Assembly: GCF_000143415.4 (NCBI RefSeq)
Contig: NW_003314283.1
Location: 1,788,330-1,852,329, forward strand
DNA length: 64,000 bases
DNA from: Selaginella moellendorffii
Lineage: Eukaryota > Plantae > Lycopodiophyta
Direction: 5' to 3'
Shown here piece by piece: positions 13,326 through 26,499 of this stretch. The notes under the pieces were generated by a model, which was not told the DNA's origin, did no database searches, and was given only the letters and a program-made list of their open reading frames with translations. Each line of letters starts with the position of its first letter. Within the stretch, counting starts at the first letter, position 1. The position numbers and the translations under genes are program-made.

Positions 13326-14424
13326 TAGTGATGGTTGCAATCTTTCCATTCCACCACTATTGCGAATATGACTGCAGGTATCAAAACTTATCTTTTAGTG
13401 AGTCTTTTTGCATATTCTCTCCTTACTACCATGATGGCAAGAGGTCCATATTGCTAAATCATTTATTAGTCCCTCTTGGAGTTAATTGGGCATTTCGAGT
13501 ATATTTAAACTGGACTATAAGCAACCAAAAAGAATGACTTGAGAAATGATCCATAAATATTCAAAATTTATGAGATAATACTTAATAGTTATTTTATCCT
13601 CATATGTTTCTTAAAGTTTCAAGGATCCACAGTGATAATATATCTAAATTTTATCCCATGATCATATGTACTACAACCACATATCCTAGATCAGATAATA
13701 TATTCACTTCTCTTCCACTTTTCTTGGAACTTTGAAAGCAAATTTGGGCCATATTTGAGGAATTTTCTAGAGGTTTGGAGACCTTAACAACTAAAGTCTA
13801 GGTCAGTGCTTTTTTCCCTCTTAGATTCTTGCTACTTTATCTTTGTTTCTCTCTTTTCTTCATAGTTTTTCTTCTTTCTTCCATTTTTCTTTAGTTAAGT
13901 TCTTAGTTCTATGATCAAGTTTTCCCCTTGTGGTTTTCCTTTGATCCTAGAACTTTGAAATTTTTTCTCACTCCTTTCTTTTCTTTATATTCCTGTCAGT
14001 TTTGTTTTCACAATAGTTGCCAAAAGAGGGCATCACTTTATGGTCTTTAGTAGTGATTGAATCATGGGTTCTTGTATGCGATGGTTTCTAGCATAATCCC
14101 TCGTGGTTGCCTATTATGTAAAGCCATATAACTATTTGAAAGGAAAAAAAATAACCATTGATGTAAGCTTATTGCATATAAAAGGAAGACTTAATTCTTT
14201 TCTAGAATACATTCTTGAGGGGTTTGTCATAGCATACTGTCTAGAATTTATGGATTTTCATTCATTCTCATTTGAAAAGAGGGAAATACACACAAATGTT
14301 TGTGGGTTCTAGTGTTGGTAATTTTAACTCTCACAATCTTTTTTCTTAGGGTTCAAGTGCTAAACGATGCAATAATTATCCCATTGCACAGTATAACCAA
14401 ACTATATAAGAGAATGAAAGAGAG

Positions 14425-14810
14425 TGTCAGGAATCCCCCAATTCTTGCCACATTCCTGACTCTCGCCGGATTCCTGACCTGCAGACCACATTCCTGATTC
14501 TCAAGACACTTCCCTATTCCTAACTCTCGAGACACTTCCCTATTCCTGACTCTCAAGACACTTCCCGATTCTTGAGTCTCGAGCCACATTCCTGATATTG
14601 ATGTGGTGCCTCCTCGACCTCAGCTATATTTAGGCCGTCCCCGATCCAAGAGTGGTGGAGCTTCATCAACCTATAGTATATATAGGTTAGCCTTGTTCCA
14701 TTTCTCCACAATCTGAATCAACACCAGTCTAAGGCTTCTTCTTTGTTTCCACTAGCTTTTCTCTTTGTCTTTAGCATTTTCTAATCTTGATCTGGTTGGG
14801 GGTCTTGACA
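14425..14810 (+). repeat. 5' LTR of chromovirus (386 bp), with a TATA-like TATATATA at 14677-14684
   Basis: Near-identical direct repeat of 31655-32041. Confidence 0.95.
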
Positions 14811-14812
14811 GT

Positions 14813-14827
14813 TTGATTCAGATTGTG
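14813..14827 (+). other. Self-priming PBS (TTGATTCAGATTGTG), complementary to 14707-14721 in the LTR
   Basis: Perfect 15-nt reverse complement of CACAATCTGAATCAA, located ~25-30 nt after the TATA. No tRNA-type TGG PBS is present. Confidence 0.8.
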
Positions 14828-14907
14828 CTTTTTGCTTTTCTTTTAGCTCGTTTTGATTATTTGATTGCCTTTGTCTTTTTCCCCCTTTCTTTTCTTTCTT
14901 CTTGCCA

Positions 14908-15879
14908 ATGGAATCTCCAAGCCATCCTGATTTCTTTGCCGAAGTCCTTGCAAAAATCCAGTCTGAGAATACCAAGCTGAAGGCGACCCTTCTTCGCATG
15001 TAGCAGGAGCTTGCTTCACTTTCGGCTCAAGGATCTAGCAAAGTTCCTGAACCGAAGGTGAGTTTCCCGGCGAAATTTTCAGGCAAGCGTTCGGAGCTTC
15101 GTGGATTTTTGAACCAAATGGAGCTGATCTTTGCACTTCAACATCGGCGGTACCCCACTCCCGAGTCTCAAATCGGCACGATTGGGACGTTGCTCGAGGG
15201 TGCAACTTTGTCATGGTTTTCTCCTCTTCTAGAGAAGAGCATGAAAGGGGTCGTGGTTCCGGAGCTGATGGATCTTCAATTGTTCAAAGAGAAGCTCGAA
15301 GCATGTTTTGGCGAGATGGATCGGGTTCGGGCTGCTACCACAAAGATGAGACGTCTCTCTCAGGGGTCTTGTCCTGCCTCGATCTACGTTGCAGAGTTCC
15401 AACTCCTTGCCTTGGACACTCAGTGGGATGAGCGGGCCCTGGTTGACCAATTTCGTTTTGGCCTCAACAACGGTGTCAAGGATTTGTTGCTCACCATGGA
15501 GGATCCCAAGGATTTGTCGGACGCCATCAACAAAGCTGTTCGATGTGACAATTGTCTCTTTGAACGTCGTTAGGAAAGTCACTGCGCCACTGTTTTTCCG
15601 TCCCAGACTCAGGAATCCCAGCTTGAGTCTTCGGGGCATAGTCTTGAACCTACTGCACCGGTCCCGATGGATATTTCTGGTACTCCCCGACTCATTAAAG
15701 GGAAGTTGAGTCCTGCTGAGAAGCAACGTCGAATATCTCATAATCTTTGCCTCTACTGTACTGATCCTAATCACAAAGCAGCTGTGTGTCCCAAGAAGCC
15801 TCCCCGACTGCTCGAGTTCACTCTGCCTCAAAGTCCACCTTTGTTGAAGTCGGGAAACGACCCTGTCCAAACAGAGTAG
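14908..15879 (+). pseudogene. gag: Gag (retrotransposon capsid plus CCHC zinc knuckle), with premature stops
   Basis: Contains PAKFSGKRSELRGFLNQ and QFRFGLN capsid motifs and the knuckle CLYCTDPNHKAAVC. In-frame TAG stops at 15001 and 15571. Confidence 0.88.
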
Positions 15880-15896
15880 GAGCTGTCTGTTTGGAC
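15852..15896 (+). other. -1 programmed ribosomal frameshift signal (G GGA AAC plus an 11-bp stem-loop)
   Basis: Slippery heptamer 15852-15858 is in the gag frame and the protease ORF is in the -1 frame. The stem GTCCAAACAGA/TCTGTTTGGAC (15865-15875 and 15886-15896) starts 6 nt downstream. Confidence 0.8.
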
Positions 15897-18800
15897 TCCC
15901 CGAATAAAAATCACTTTTCTTCCTTATCAAGCTCCTCACCACCTTTCATCAAAGCCACCACCAATTCCCGCAACTTCCGCGTCCCATGTCTCCTTTCTTT
16001 CACCGGACAATCAGGACTCAAGGCTTTGGCGCTACTGGACTCGGGTGCAACTTCCTGCTTCATGGACATGGACTTTGCTGCCTGACATCACGTTCCTCTT
16101 TCTCCTACCATATGGGATCTGAGGGTTGAAGGCATCGGTGGGCATTTTGTGTCTCCATCTTCTGGACTTAGGGAAACGTTGCCCGTTCGAGTACACATCG
16201 GGTCCACTGTCACTGATATCACCTTCAACATCATCAACAGCAAGTCCTCCTCTATGGTGCTCGGTCTTCCTTGGTTCCAACTATATCAGCCTCAGATTTG
16301 TTGGAAGGACTTACAGCTTATCTCTCCCACATCACCATCTCCCACGGCTTCCCCTGCTGTTCATCGAGTCCGAATCAGGAAAAGTTCCCTAAACTCAAAT
16401 CGGGGTTCTGTTCCTGACTCTACGAAGTTTTCACCCTCTTCATTTTCCTCTCTTCCATCTTACACTGGACAGTATCCTCATCTCATCATTCCATTTAGTT
16501 GTACACCTCCTCCTATCTCCACAATCACTATGAAAGAACTCCTTCATGAAGAACCTATTTTCCTTTTTGCTTTGCATGTTTTTCCTGTCAGTCTTCCTGA
16601 GAAGTATCAATTTTGGGGATGTGTTTGACAAGGAAAAAGCTAGTGTACTGCCTGCTCATTGGCCTTATGACTGTCCCATTGATTTACAGGAAGGAGCATC
16701 ACCTCTATGGGGGCCTATCTACGGGTTATCCCCGTCCGAGCTTAAGGCCCTCAAAGAATACGTGGATGAGAACCTTGCCTCGGGGTTCATTCAGCATTCG
16801 CAGTCCCCGGCTGGAGCGCCTGTCTTCTTTGTCAAGAAAAAGGATGGGAGTTTGCGGCTAGTCATCGATTACCGAGGTTTGAACAAGGTGATTGTTCGGA
16901 ACCATTATCCGCTGCCCCTGATCTCGGACCTGTTGGAATGCCTCGGCGGTGCCCACTTCTTCACCAAGATTGACCTCCGTGGCACATACAACCTGATCCA
17001 GATCTGGCCTGGTGATGAATGGAAGACTGCGTTCCGAACCCGATACGGCCACTTCGAGTACACTGTCATGCCATTTGGCTTGACAAATGCTCCAGCAGTT
17101 TTCCAACACATGGCGAACGACGTCTTTCGGGAGTTTCTTGATCAGATGGTGATCGTCTACCTCGATGACATCCTCATCTACTCAAGAACTCAGAAGGAGC
17201 ACGACGAACATGTACGCAAGGTGCTGGCGAAGCTGCGAGAACACGGCCTATACGCGAAGCTTGAGAAATGTTCCTTCGATCAGCAGCCTGTGGAGTTCCT
17301 TGGGTACGTTGTCACTCATGAGGGTATCACGATGGATCCTGCCTAAGTCAAGACTATTCTCGAGTGGGAGCCTCCACAATCAATGTCGGACGTTCAGGTT
17401 TTCCTTGGCTTCGCCAACTTTTACCGCAAATTAATTGATCACTACTCTGACATTGTCCTTCCTCTCACGCATCTCACTCGCAAGGATGTTCCCTTCTCTT
17501 GGTTTACTGCTGCCCAGCACGCCTTCGACACACTCAAGGCAGCCTTCAGTTCTGCTCCCATTTTTATCCATGCTGATTCCTCACAACCTTTCTTCATCGA
17601 GGCTGACGCCTCTGACTTTGCCATCGGTGCTGTGCTGTCTCAACTCAGAGTGGATCAAGAACTTCATCCGGTCGCTTTCCATTCTCGGAAATTCCAGCCT
17701 GCGGAGATCAATTACGAAATCCACGACAAGGAGCTCCTTGCCATTGTGGATTCCTTTGGAGAGTGGCGCCATTTCTTGGAGGGGGCGGGCCATCAAACAA
17801 CACTCTGGACGGATCACAAAAATCTCGAGTACTTTGCCACTTCCCGAGTTTTAAGCCATCGTCAAGCAAGGTGGGCACAATTCCTAAGTTGGTTTAACTT
17901 TGTTATCAAGTACAGACCTGGAAAGCTTCAAGGCCTTTCTGATGCTCTTTCAAGGCGCTCCTATCTCAGTCTCAGGCCTGGTATTCCTGCCTTCGATCAA
18001 CAGGATCAAATTATCCTCGGTCCTGATCAGCTTCAAGTTATGGCAATTTCCCTGGCCCCTCAGGACTCCTCCTTGATGGATGCCATCAGAAACGATATTC
18101 AATCCGATGATCTCGCCAGCGACATTTTCCCCCATCTTCAGGCTGGACACCCTGTGACTCCCGATTGCCAGCGATTTGACGAGTTCGAGTTCTTAGATGG
18201 CTTATTATACCATGGGGAGCAGCTTTACGTTCCTGAAGGTGATGCTCGAAGGTTGGTCCTAATGGCGTGCCACGATAGCCCGACTGCTGGTCACCGAAAA
18301 CCTATGAGCTAGTTGCACGGGACTTTTGGTGGCCTCACATGGATAACTACATCAAAGCTTTTGTTACCTCCTGTGACACTTGCGCCCGGAATAAGGTACC
18401 TCGCCACCTTCCTTTAGGGTTGCTTCGTTCCCTTCCGGTCCTTTCAGGTCCTTGGGAATCCATCTCCATGGATTTCTTGAGTGATCTTCCGAGTTCTGGA
18501 GGCTTCAACAGCATTTTAGTCGTGGTGGATCGCTTCACAAAGATGGCGCACTTCTTGCCATGTACCAAGGATTTTTCGGGCGAGGACATGGCAAAACTGG
18601 TATTCAGGGAAATTTTCCGACTTCATGGGATTCCTACAGATGTGGTTTCGGATCGGGGGCCTCAGTTCATCTCTCATTTCTGGCAACGGTTTTTGCAGCT
18701 GCTTGGAGTGAAGGCCAACCTCTCTTCGGCGTATCATCCTCAAACTAATGGGCAGTCCGAGTGAACGATTCAGATGTTGGAACAATTCTTGAGGTGCTTC

Positions 18801-19123
18801 ATCAACTATCATCAGGATAATTGGTTCGATATCCTTCCCCTTACTGAGTTTTCCTATAACAACTCTATTCACTCCTCTCTTCGAATTTCCCCCTTCTTTG
18901 CAAACTCTGGCCGAAATCCCCGATTCAATCTCTCACTTCCTTCTCCATCCGAATCCTCTCATTCAAATCCCCACTCTGAGGCATTTGTCTCCAACCTCCA
19001 AGAAATCCACAACTCCATCTCCTTCCACCTCCATCGTGCTCAGGAATCTCACAAAACATTTGCCAATGTCCATCGTCAGGATTGTCCCCCTTACAATATC
19101 GGGGATAAAGTTTGGCTCCTCAG
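15858..19123 (+). pseudogene. pol: Pol: aspartic protease, reverse transcriptase, RNase H, integrase core (stops and frameshifts)
   Basis: LLDSGAT (protease); MPFGLTNAPAVFQ and YLDDILI (RT); EADASDFAIGAVL and NYEIHDKELLAI (RNase H); H...GH/CDTC, SMDF, VSDRG and YHPQTNGQSE (integrase). Confidence 0.95.
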
Positions 19124-20754
19124 ATGCTTTATTTCGTTAAAGTGGGATTTATTCAGTAAAATGGGACTAGGTACAAATTTTCAAGTATTTGAAAATGACG
19201 TGAAATTATATGTTTTTTGTCCAGGGGCTAGACATATTTGGGGCATGGTGACTAGCGCGGTGACTTTGTGTCCAGACTGAGTCCATCTGGTTGTATAATA
19301 AATCTCATTGTCAAGGTGAACAAGCCGAATCTGAAGCTAAAGAAGAGCGATGGCATGCGCGCACACACTATTTGTTTGTTCATTGAGCGTGTGGTGAGCT
19401 TTCCAAGATGAACGTCATTCCTATTAGCCAGACATATAACTTAATGGTGAGAACATTTAGATATTATTCAATGTTATCTTTTTCTAACGAATCTAATTGT
19501 GAAGGTGTAGCAAGAGGCATTGCTAGTCTGGAGAAGTCATTTAACTCATTTGACCCTTAGTGTATTTTCATGAAACTAAATAACATTCATATTATTAAGG
19601 AATTTCTCTAGTACCTTTTTTTTACGACATAGAGGCTTGCATTTCTTTCAAAGGTGATTTAGTAAAAGGCCTGAGGGCACATGCCATTCTATTTCTCAGA
19701 CCGGTATTAAGATATACTAGTGCAAAGGGAAAAAGGTATTTGGTGATCAAGTAAATGGCATGAGGGCACACGCCATTATAAGCCTAAGCGCTAGTGGACA
19801 CCTCCTTTTTGGTACTCTCAGTGGTACTATCATCCTTCTCCGGGTCAGTTGTTTTGCTTTGGATTGTTGTCTCTGACGTTACTGGGGCGTTCTCGATAGT
19901 TGTTAATGTTGCCGTTTGTTCAGAAAAATGATCACCTGGAGTATAGTACGGGGAGTTTGGAAGACTTATATATTCTACATCTTCACCTATCTCCTTCTCC
20001 GTCTCCTTTTCTGCCTCACTTACAGATTTTGTGCTTGCCATGAGAATGCTCTTCACCCTAAAATATGGAGTTCGTTGTGTTATAAAAGGAAGCCAACACA
20101 CACGCTGCAAGGGAATGATGGTACATAAAGCACGTAAGCCCACAATATGGGTTTATGTGCCATTAATATGGGCCACACGCCATATTATTAGATTTATGCA
20201 CGTGTGATTGGTAAATGCATATGTCACATCATCTTTGTTTTACCTCACACACTATATCAGGCCTAATGAACCATATCACATATGCGCACATGCTATATAT
20301 ATGGAGAAGTATTATGCAAGGATAGAAAAATTCAATGCATGATTGTGGAGAGCAATGGCATGAAGCCACATGCTAAATAACATTTTAGAGAAAGAATTAA
20401 AATAAAAACATGCAAACAGTACTGAGTGGACCAAGACTTAGAAGTGCACAATTGAATGAGGTATTTCTAATAAATATTTCACTCACCTCATATAGGAATG
20501 GCTACCACTCTCAAATGGCGTATCGCCTCATGCCATCACCTCGCAATTTGTTATAACAATCCGATGAATTCATATTCGGCTTGTTCACCTTAAACTTTAA
20601 GTAAGATTTGCTAGAACAACTAAGAATTTATACTTGTTATTTGTATCATCTCACCTAGGAATGGCGTAAGGCCACATGCCATCACGCCTCCTCTGATTCA
20701 GATTCAGATTGTTCACCTTGAAATAAAATACATTAGAAACTTTGTAAAGGAATA

Positions 20755-23700
20755 TTAATGAATCTCACCTTGAACCTGGGTTATGAATGCTCTTGCTGCA
20801 TCTCTTGCATGGTCTGGCAAGGTGATGGTGGCACTCTGCTTCCGCATCCAACCATGCACAACATTATCCACCGATATGCTCATGCTGGGATCCCTTGGAT
20901 TCAGCACCCATCTCTTTTCTAGGCAATCCTTCGTATATCCGGAACTTGGCTTGAACCACTCCACAGTTACATTGAAGGAGTTAGTTTCCGCGTCCTCCTC
21001 TGCATCAGTGATGCAGCGCCCCACCCATATCATTTGTTTTTTATTACTAGGTCTGACAAGCACGACCATTCCTTTGCAGACCTGTACTGGATTGAATGCT
21101 GAATCCGGCTTCTTGTTCCTCGGCCCACAATAGTGATCCTCAACATCGTTATCTGTCACTACATTTCCAGAGGACATTGTTCCGCTACTATCTGGTGCTC
21201 TGGGTTCTGGACAAAAGGACTCTTCCAATTCTTCATATACAACCGGCCCATTTTGGATAGCAGATATAATCTTCTCCCAGTATTCGAGCAAAGGCTTGCA
21301 CCTCTGAAAATAGGATTCTCCACCAAACACCAACCCCCTCTTCCAGAAGGCAATATGCTGTCTAATCCCGGCCACTATACTTTCCTGGTCTTTGAGTCCA
21401 TCCGGGTGCATCGGCCGTGGGGAACCCTGAGGAACCATAGGTTCCCTAGTTATGGGATCTCTCTTGAAGAGTTCAATGCAGTCCACTGGCAGCCACATTG
21501 TGTCCCATTCTCTCATCTTGTACCTCATCACTGGAGCACCGTCACGCATGCTGAAATGAAACTGAAGAGGCTTGGAGTGGCCAATCAGCGTTTTGGATCT
21601 GTCCCTAATGTAGCCTCTTACAAACCCGTTAAAGTCTTGAACCTCTGTCAGAAGTGCAGCTTCAACAGTGCCTTTGATGCAATTTTGGAATTCATCGTAG
21701 AGTTGTGGGAGGGTGAGGACATTGGATCGCCGGAGGGACTCTGCCAGGTGACTGAACATGGCATCGACGTCTTCATGAGTGTGCCCAACCATGAGAAAGC
21801 CAAGTGTAACCGTTTCAAATATGCCTTTGGCAACAAGCATCGCCAAGTACGCGAAGACGTACATGTTTTTGTTCTCACTGCCAGCATTGTCTGTTTGGAG
21901 CAGAAGATGGGGTGGAAGGCCACATCGGCCGCAAGAACTTCCTTGAGATTCTGCTTCGTTTGGATGAGGCTGTGCATTGACCGGGCGACCAGCCTCGTCG
22001 GAATGGCATGAGGCCTCACGTGATAACCCTACAATCTGACGGCCAATATATTCACTGGGATGGCATGGGGCCCCACGCGATACTGCAAGCCTTTGCTCCT
22101 CCTCCAGCTAAACCCTGTATGGGGTTCGATCGACAAGGGCCTTATGCAAGGGTTGGCCATTCAGCTCAGTTTGCGCACTTTGCAGAGACCTTAAGTGTTT
22201 TGCTAGGGACGCAATCATCATGTTTGCACCCCCGCCACCCCATAGAGGTACAAAGAAGTTCCCATAGTTCTGGGCACCATGCCCATGAGCGATTATGCCA
22301 AACAGAGACACAGGCAGCTGCATGGATGAAGAGATTGCCTTGGGGGCAGGATTGAGTCGAGGTAAGCACGTCTGTTTCTGGTCCATTTTGTCGTGGATGA
22401 TGCAGAGGTAAGAGTCAGGTCTCTCCATGGAGAGAATCCTGTTATGATAATATGCAGTCCTGCAGCTTCTCTGCTCGATGTTGTGGTTGAGCCGCCTTCT
22501 AACCAACGTCTCTCGCTCTTCAGCGCTGCAAGAATTCTTCGACAAAGCCATTTTGATAGCAGTGCACTCGTCACACTTTGAAAAGCTGGAGTACTTTCCT
22601 ATACTCACATCCCTGAACCTGTTGCTCCACAATCTACTAAATCTAGATTGGCTCAGCTTCCTGTAGCCATTACTCTGGAGTTCCCGATTCACATCTTCCA
22701 ATATGGCCCCCTTGGTATACATGGAAGGGAGAACTCGTTGGGTGTCTCGTGTTCCATCTTCCAAGAGGCGGGTTTTATGTGGTTGCTGCTCGCTACATGT
22801 CTCGACAAACCTCTTGAAGATTGCCTCTCCATATACAACATGACCCCTGGTTTTGTGAGTACCGTCGTTCCCATGGACTGCTTGTTGAACCCTTTGTTCC
22901 TCGAACTCAGTTTTGATTCTGTAGAATGTGGTTCGAGGGACTCCATAAATGATTCTCCATGCCTTCATGCAGACCAAACCCTTCTGGAAGACCATGCCCC
23001 CCACCTGATGTTCTGAAGCATCAACAGATGACCGTAATGCCTCATACACAAAATTGCGAGCTGCCTTCCAGGACAATGTCTTGTATCTTGCTCTCCCCTC
23101 TTCAATAGCATCCCAATCAGCATGTTGACAGCACCTCCTCTTGCAACAAGCAACTGTCGAGACCATTCGAACCTCCATCGCCATTTTCTACCTTTTCGGT
23201 TCGTTGCTCAGATCCCTTTGGCTGCGCTTTAGGAAGGTGTACTTTCTTTTCCCATGAAGAGATGTTCTGTCATCAGTTGTAGTGGTGTTTGATTGTGAAT
23301 CCTTCACATTCTCAAACACTAAGTGCCTCAATTTCCACCGCACAATGCTTCCAATAGTCAGACTGTTTTCTTCTGTGTCAACAACCTCTAAAATCGCAAC
23401 TCCAATATCATCCCAGCCCAATTCTTGATTAGCAACCGCATCTCTTGGATCAACAACTGTGGCTAAGCCCTCAGCTACCACCTCCCCCTCGGGGTTGTTT
23501 AGAAACACTTTCGCCTGAATCCATGTAGCACGGTTTTTAAGATCCACGGAGGGAACATGCGTCGCACTTGCGCTGTCCCCAACATCTGCTTTCTTCTGAA
23601 GATTTTTCAAGGCAACAACAACATTTACCCCGACGACCATCTCTCCTCGTTCAATAGCGACCACATTCCCATCGAAGACAGTCTCTACTGATACAGTAGC

Positions 23701-23823
23701 ATTGCCTTCCCCAAGCCTTTGACAGTGTATAACAAAGTTCCGATCCATAGACACAAGGGTCCCTTTTGTAACTCTCTTCCCACCATTCAAAATGTAAACC
23801 TTTTCCCCAACCCTGAAGGCCAT
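20755..23823 (-). pseudogene. Sola-like transposase of copy B, full length but with two CAG>TAG stops
   Basis: ORFs 23188-23823, 22108-23184 and 20755-21864 are consecutive pieces of the 1022-aa ORF seen in copy C. Confidence 0.92.
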
Positions 23824-25101
23824 TCTGAAAGTGCAGAAAAGAAGTTAAAACCATACAAAAAATGATTGGAGAATGGCCTAAATCATAACATACCAAACAA
23901 CCTCAATAGCATGAGGCCACATGCCATTATTCAAACATGCTATTGACACCCACGTGAAATTTTGCATTCACAAAATTGGCATGAGCCCTCATGCCATTAG
24001 TGGTACCACTAATGGCATGAGGCCTCACGCTAGCCATGAAATTGCAAGGGCCCAAGATGGCATGTGGCCTCATGCCATTTCTAAATGTGGTCCTAAGCCA
24101 TTCCATGGTGAACATACCAGGAAGCACAAGTGCCGAATATCAAGAGGAAGCGGTAGCCACACCAAAGACAGTGCCGCTCGCAACACCGCAACTACTCGTA
24201 GTGCCGCTCGCAACACCGCAACTGCTCGTAGCGCCGCTCACACAAACTGCCACTCGCATAAACTGCCACTCGCAATGGCGCTCGCAATGCCGCAACCGCT
24301 CGTAGACGCATAAACCACAGCTCACAACGCTGCTTACACAAGCAGCGCTCACTGCGCTCAGCAGAACCAAGAACACAGCGCACAAAAATGATAGACCTAG
24401 GAATGAGTTCGAGAATTCAAAAATAACACACGCTTGAACGTCACATCAAATCCTCTGACAAACCAGATTTTATGATTCCTCTGACAAATTTCAAACTGAG
24501 TAGCTTCTAGACTTTGCTGTCGGAGGTTGAACTTTGTCACATCATGTCCTTGCCTCGATCCAGCTGTGCCATGTCAGTGATTCGAACTTTGCCATGCCAT
24601 ATCAGCGATCCGCGCCAAGATTATTCGCCGTGTAAAGGATTAATTATGCTGTGTGTGTACGTCCATTTATGGCAATATAAGGCCACACGCCATTCAAAGA
24701 ATAATGCTAGGCGAGCATTTTTTGGTGAATTTTTGGGTTCAAAATTGCATGAGCCCACACGCTATAAAGTTTACCTGTACCAAAAATAGAAACAGCTTTA
24801 TTTACTTGGGAATTTAAGTGGTTGAGGCATTTTTAAACTTACAAACACATGCCCTACTTACATTCCTTTGATTGCTTAAAATTCAAAAATATTATAAACC
24901 TTTCTTTTTGCATTTTCAATGTTTTCAATTATGGTTTTTGATTTTCGCAGGACCAGCCTAGTAATCTATTTGCATCCCGTCATGTTTATAGCTAACTTTC
25001 GTTTGTCCCCTTCGCTAGCCTGAGATACATTTGCTCGGCATCTGCCTCTTACAGCATTTGCCCAGAAAGGGCATCTTTCTTCACGCAGCATTTGCCACAT
25101 G

Positions 25102-25120
25102 TTTAGGGTTTAGGGTTTAG
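25102..25120 (+). repeat. Interstitial plant telomere repeat / telo-box (TTTAGGG)n in the intergenic region of the TIR element; also at 52041-52059 in copy C
   Basis: TTTAGGGTTTAGGGTTTAG is directly visible. Confidence 0.8.
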
Positions 25121-26499
25121 CAATTCAGTAGCTTGATAAACATGCAAATACAGATTTTGATGCAAAATCCTTTGATATGTCACAATGCCCCTAGGACCAT
25201 AAACACATTTCAATAGAGAGGGTCCTTTCATTTCATAACTTCTTACGTAGATCTTGGTGAAACCAGAGTTAGTGAAGTTAGTTTCTTGTGATCCCGCATC
25301 TGATTGTGATGTCCCTTTGCAGTGTCGATGGAAAGGTCAATACACACCAAATTGTAAAATCTTGGAGCAAAATAACGGTCGGATCTATGGCAAATGCCCC
25401 TGAAACATTGTAAGGCTCGTGTGGTCTCATGTGGTGTCCAATCAAGATGCTTCTTTGCAGGGTCATCAAGAAAGACATTGTATACCATTCTGTAAAATCT
25501 AGTTACGATCTAACGGTTGGATCTCCAGAAAACTCAAAAAAATCTCGCGCGTGTCAGAATATCCTAGGAATATACTCCTATGTGCCCCTGAAAATGGCAT
25601 GTGGCCCCACGCCATTCAAGAGATAACGCCAGATGACGCCGAGAATTTTTTGGTGCATTTTTTGGGTTCAAAATTGCATGAGCCCACACGCTATAAAGTT
25701 TATCTTTGCCAAATAGAGAAAAGTTTATCTGTGTCATGTGAGGTAGTTACAGTCCTTTGTGCTCGGCATCTGCCTCTTGCAGCATTTGCATTGAAAGGGA
25801 ATTTTTCTCCATTCAGCATTTGGCCCTGAAAATGGCATGCGCCCACACGCCATTCAAGGAATAACGCCACAGGACACCTGGATTTTTGGGTTTAAAATGT
25901 TTAGGGTTTTTTGGGTTTTTTCAAAATATTTTGGGTCCAACGTTTTTTGGGTTTCTTTGGTTCAAAATTGCATGAGCCCACACGCTATAATATTGATTTG
26001 AGAGAAAAATAGAAACAGATAGAATTTCTTTATTTAGCAGAACATCTGCCATTTTTGGAAATACAAGATGCTTTGGAATATCCAATCATGCATGGTATAA
26101 ATATAGCGAGGGTATTAAATGATATCCCAATCATGATCTTTCTTTTGGATTTTGCGTGCATGCAGTCCGAGGAATGATGACGTTGCGGATTTCTTTTGGA
26201 TTTTGTGTGCTTGCATGCGCGCGGCAATCCAGAAATTAATGGTGGTGCCCAAGTCCGAGGAATGATGACGTGGCGGGATTACCAACCGTTGTGACATTTC
26301 GCGCGTGTGAGGTTAGGTTTTGCATTTTGCTTCGTACTCGCGCTCGCGCTCGCATCACACTCGCGCTCGTATCGCGCTCCCACTCGCGATCATGCTCACA
26401 TTCGCGCTCATCTACCTTCTCTACAGGTTTCTCGTGTGCATCGGCGTCCACTCGCGCTTGCATCACACTTGCGCTCGCATCGCGCTCGTGTGCATCGGC

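Noticed and set aside
13330-14420. AT-rich stretch with short ORFs
   Set aside because: No recognisable motif or structure; probably old decayed repeat.
18774-19280. 168-aa ORF as an integrase with a novel C-terminus
   Set aside because: It reads across the insertion junction at 19124 into the TIR of copy B. The real C-terminus resumes at 31154.
25102-25120. Chromosome end or telomere fusion site
   Set aside because: It is under three repeat units and is carried as part of the transposon in both copies.
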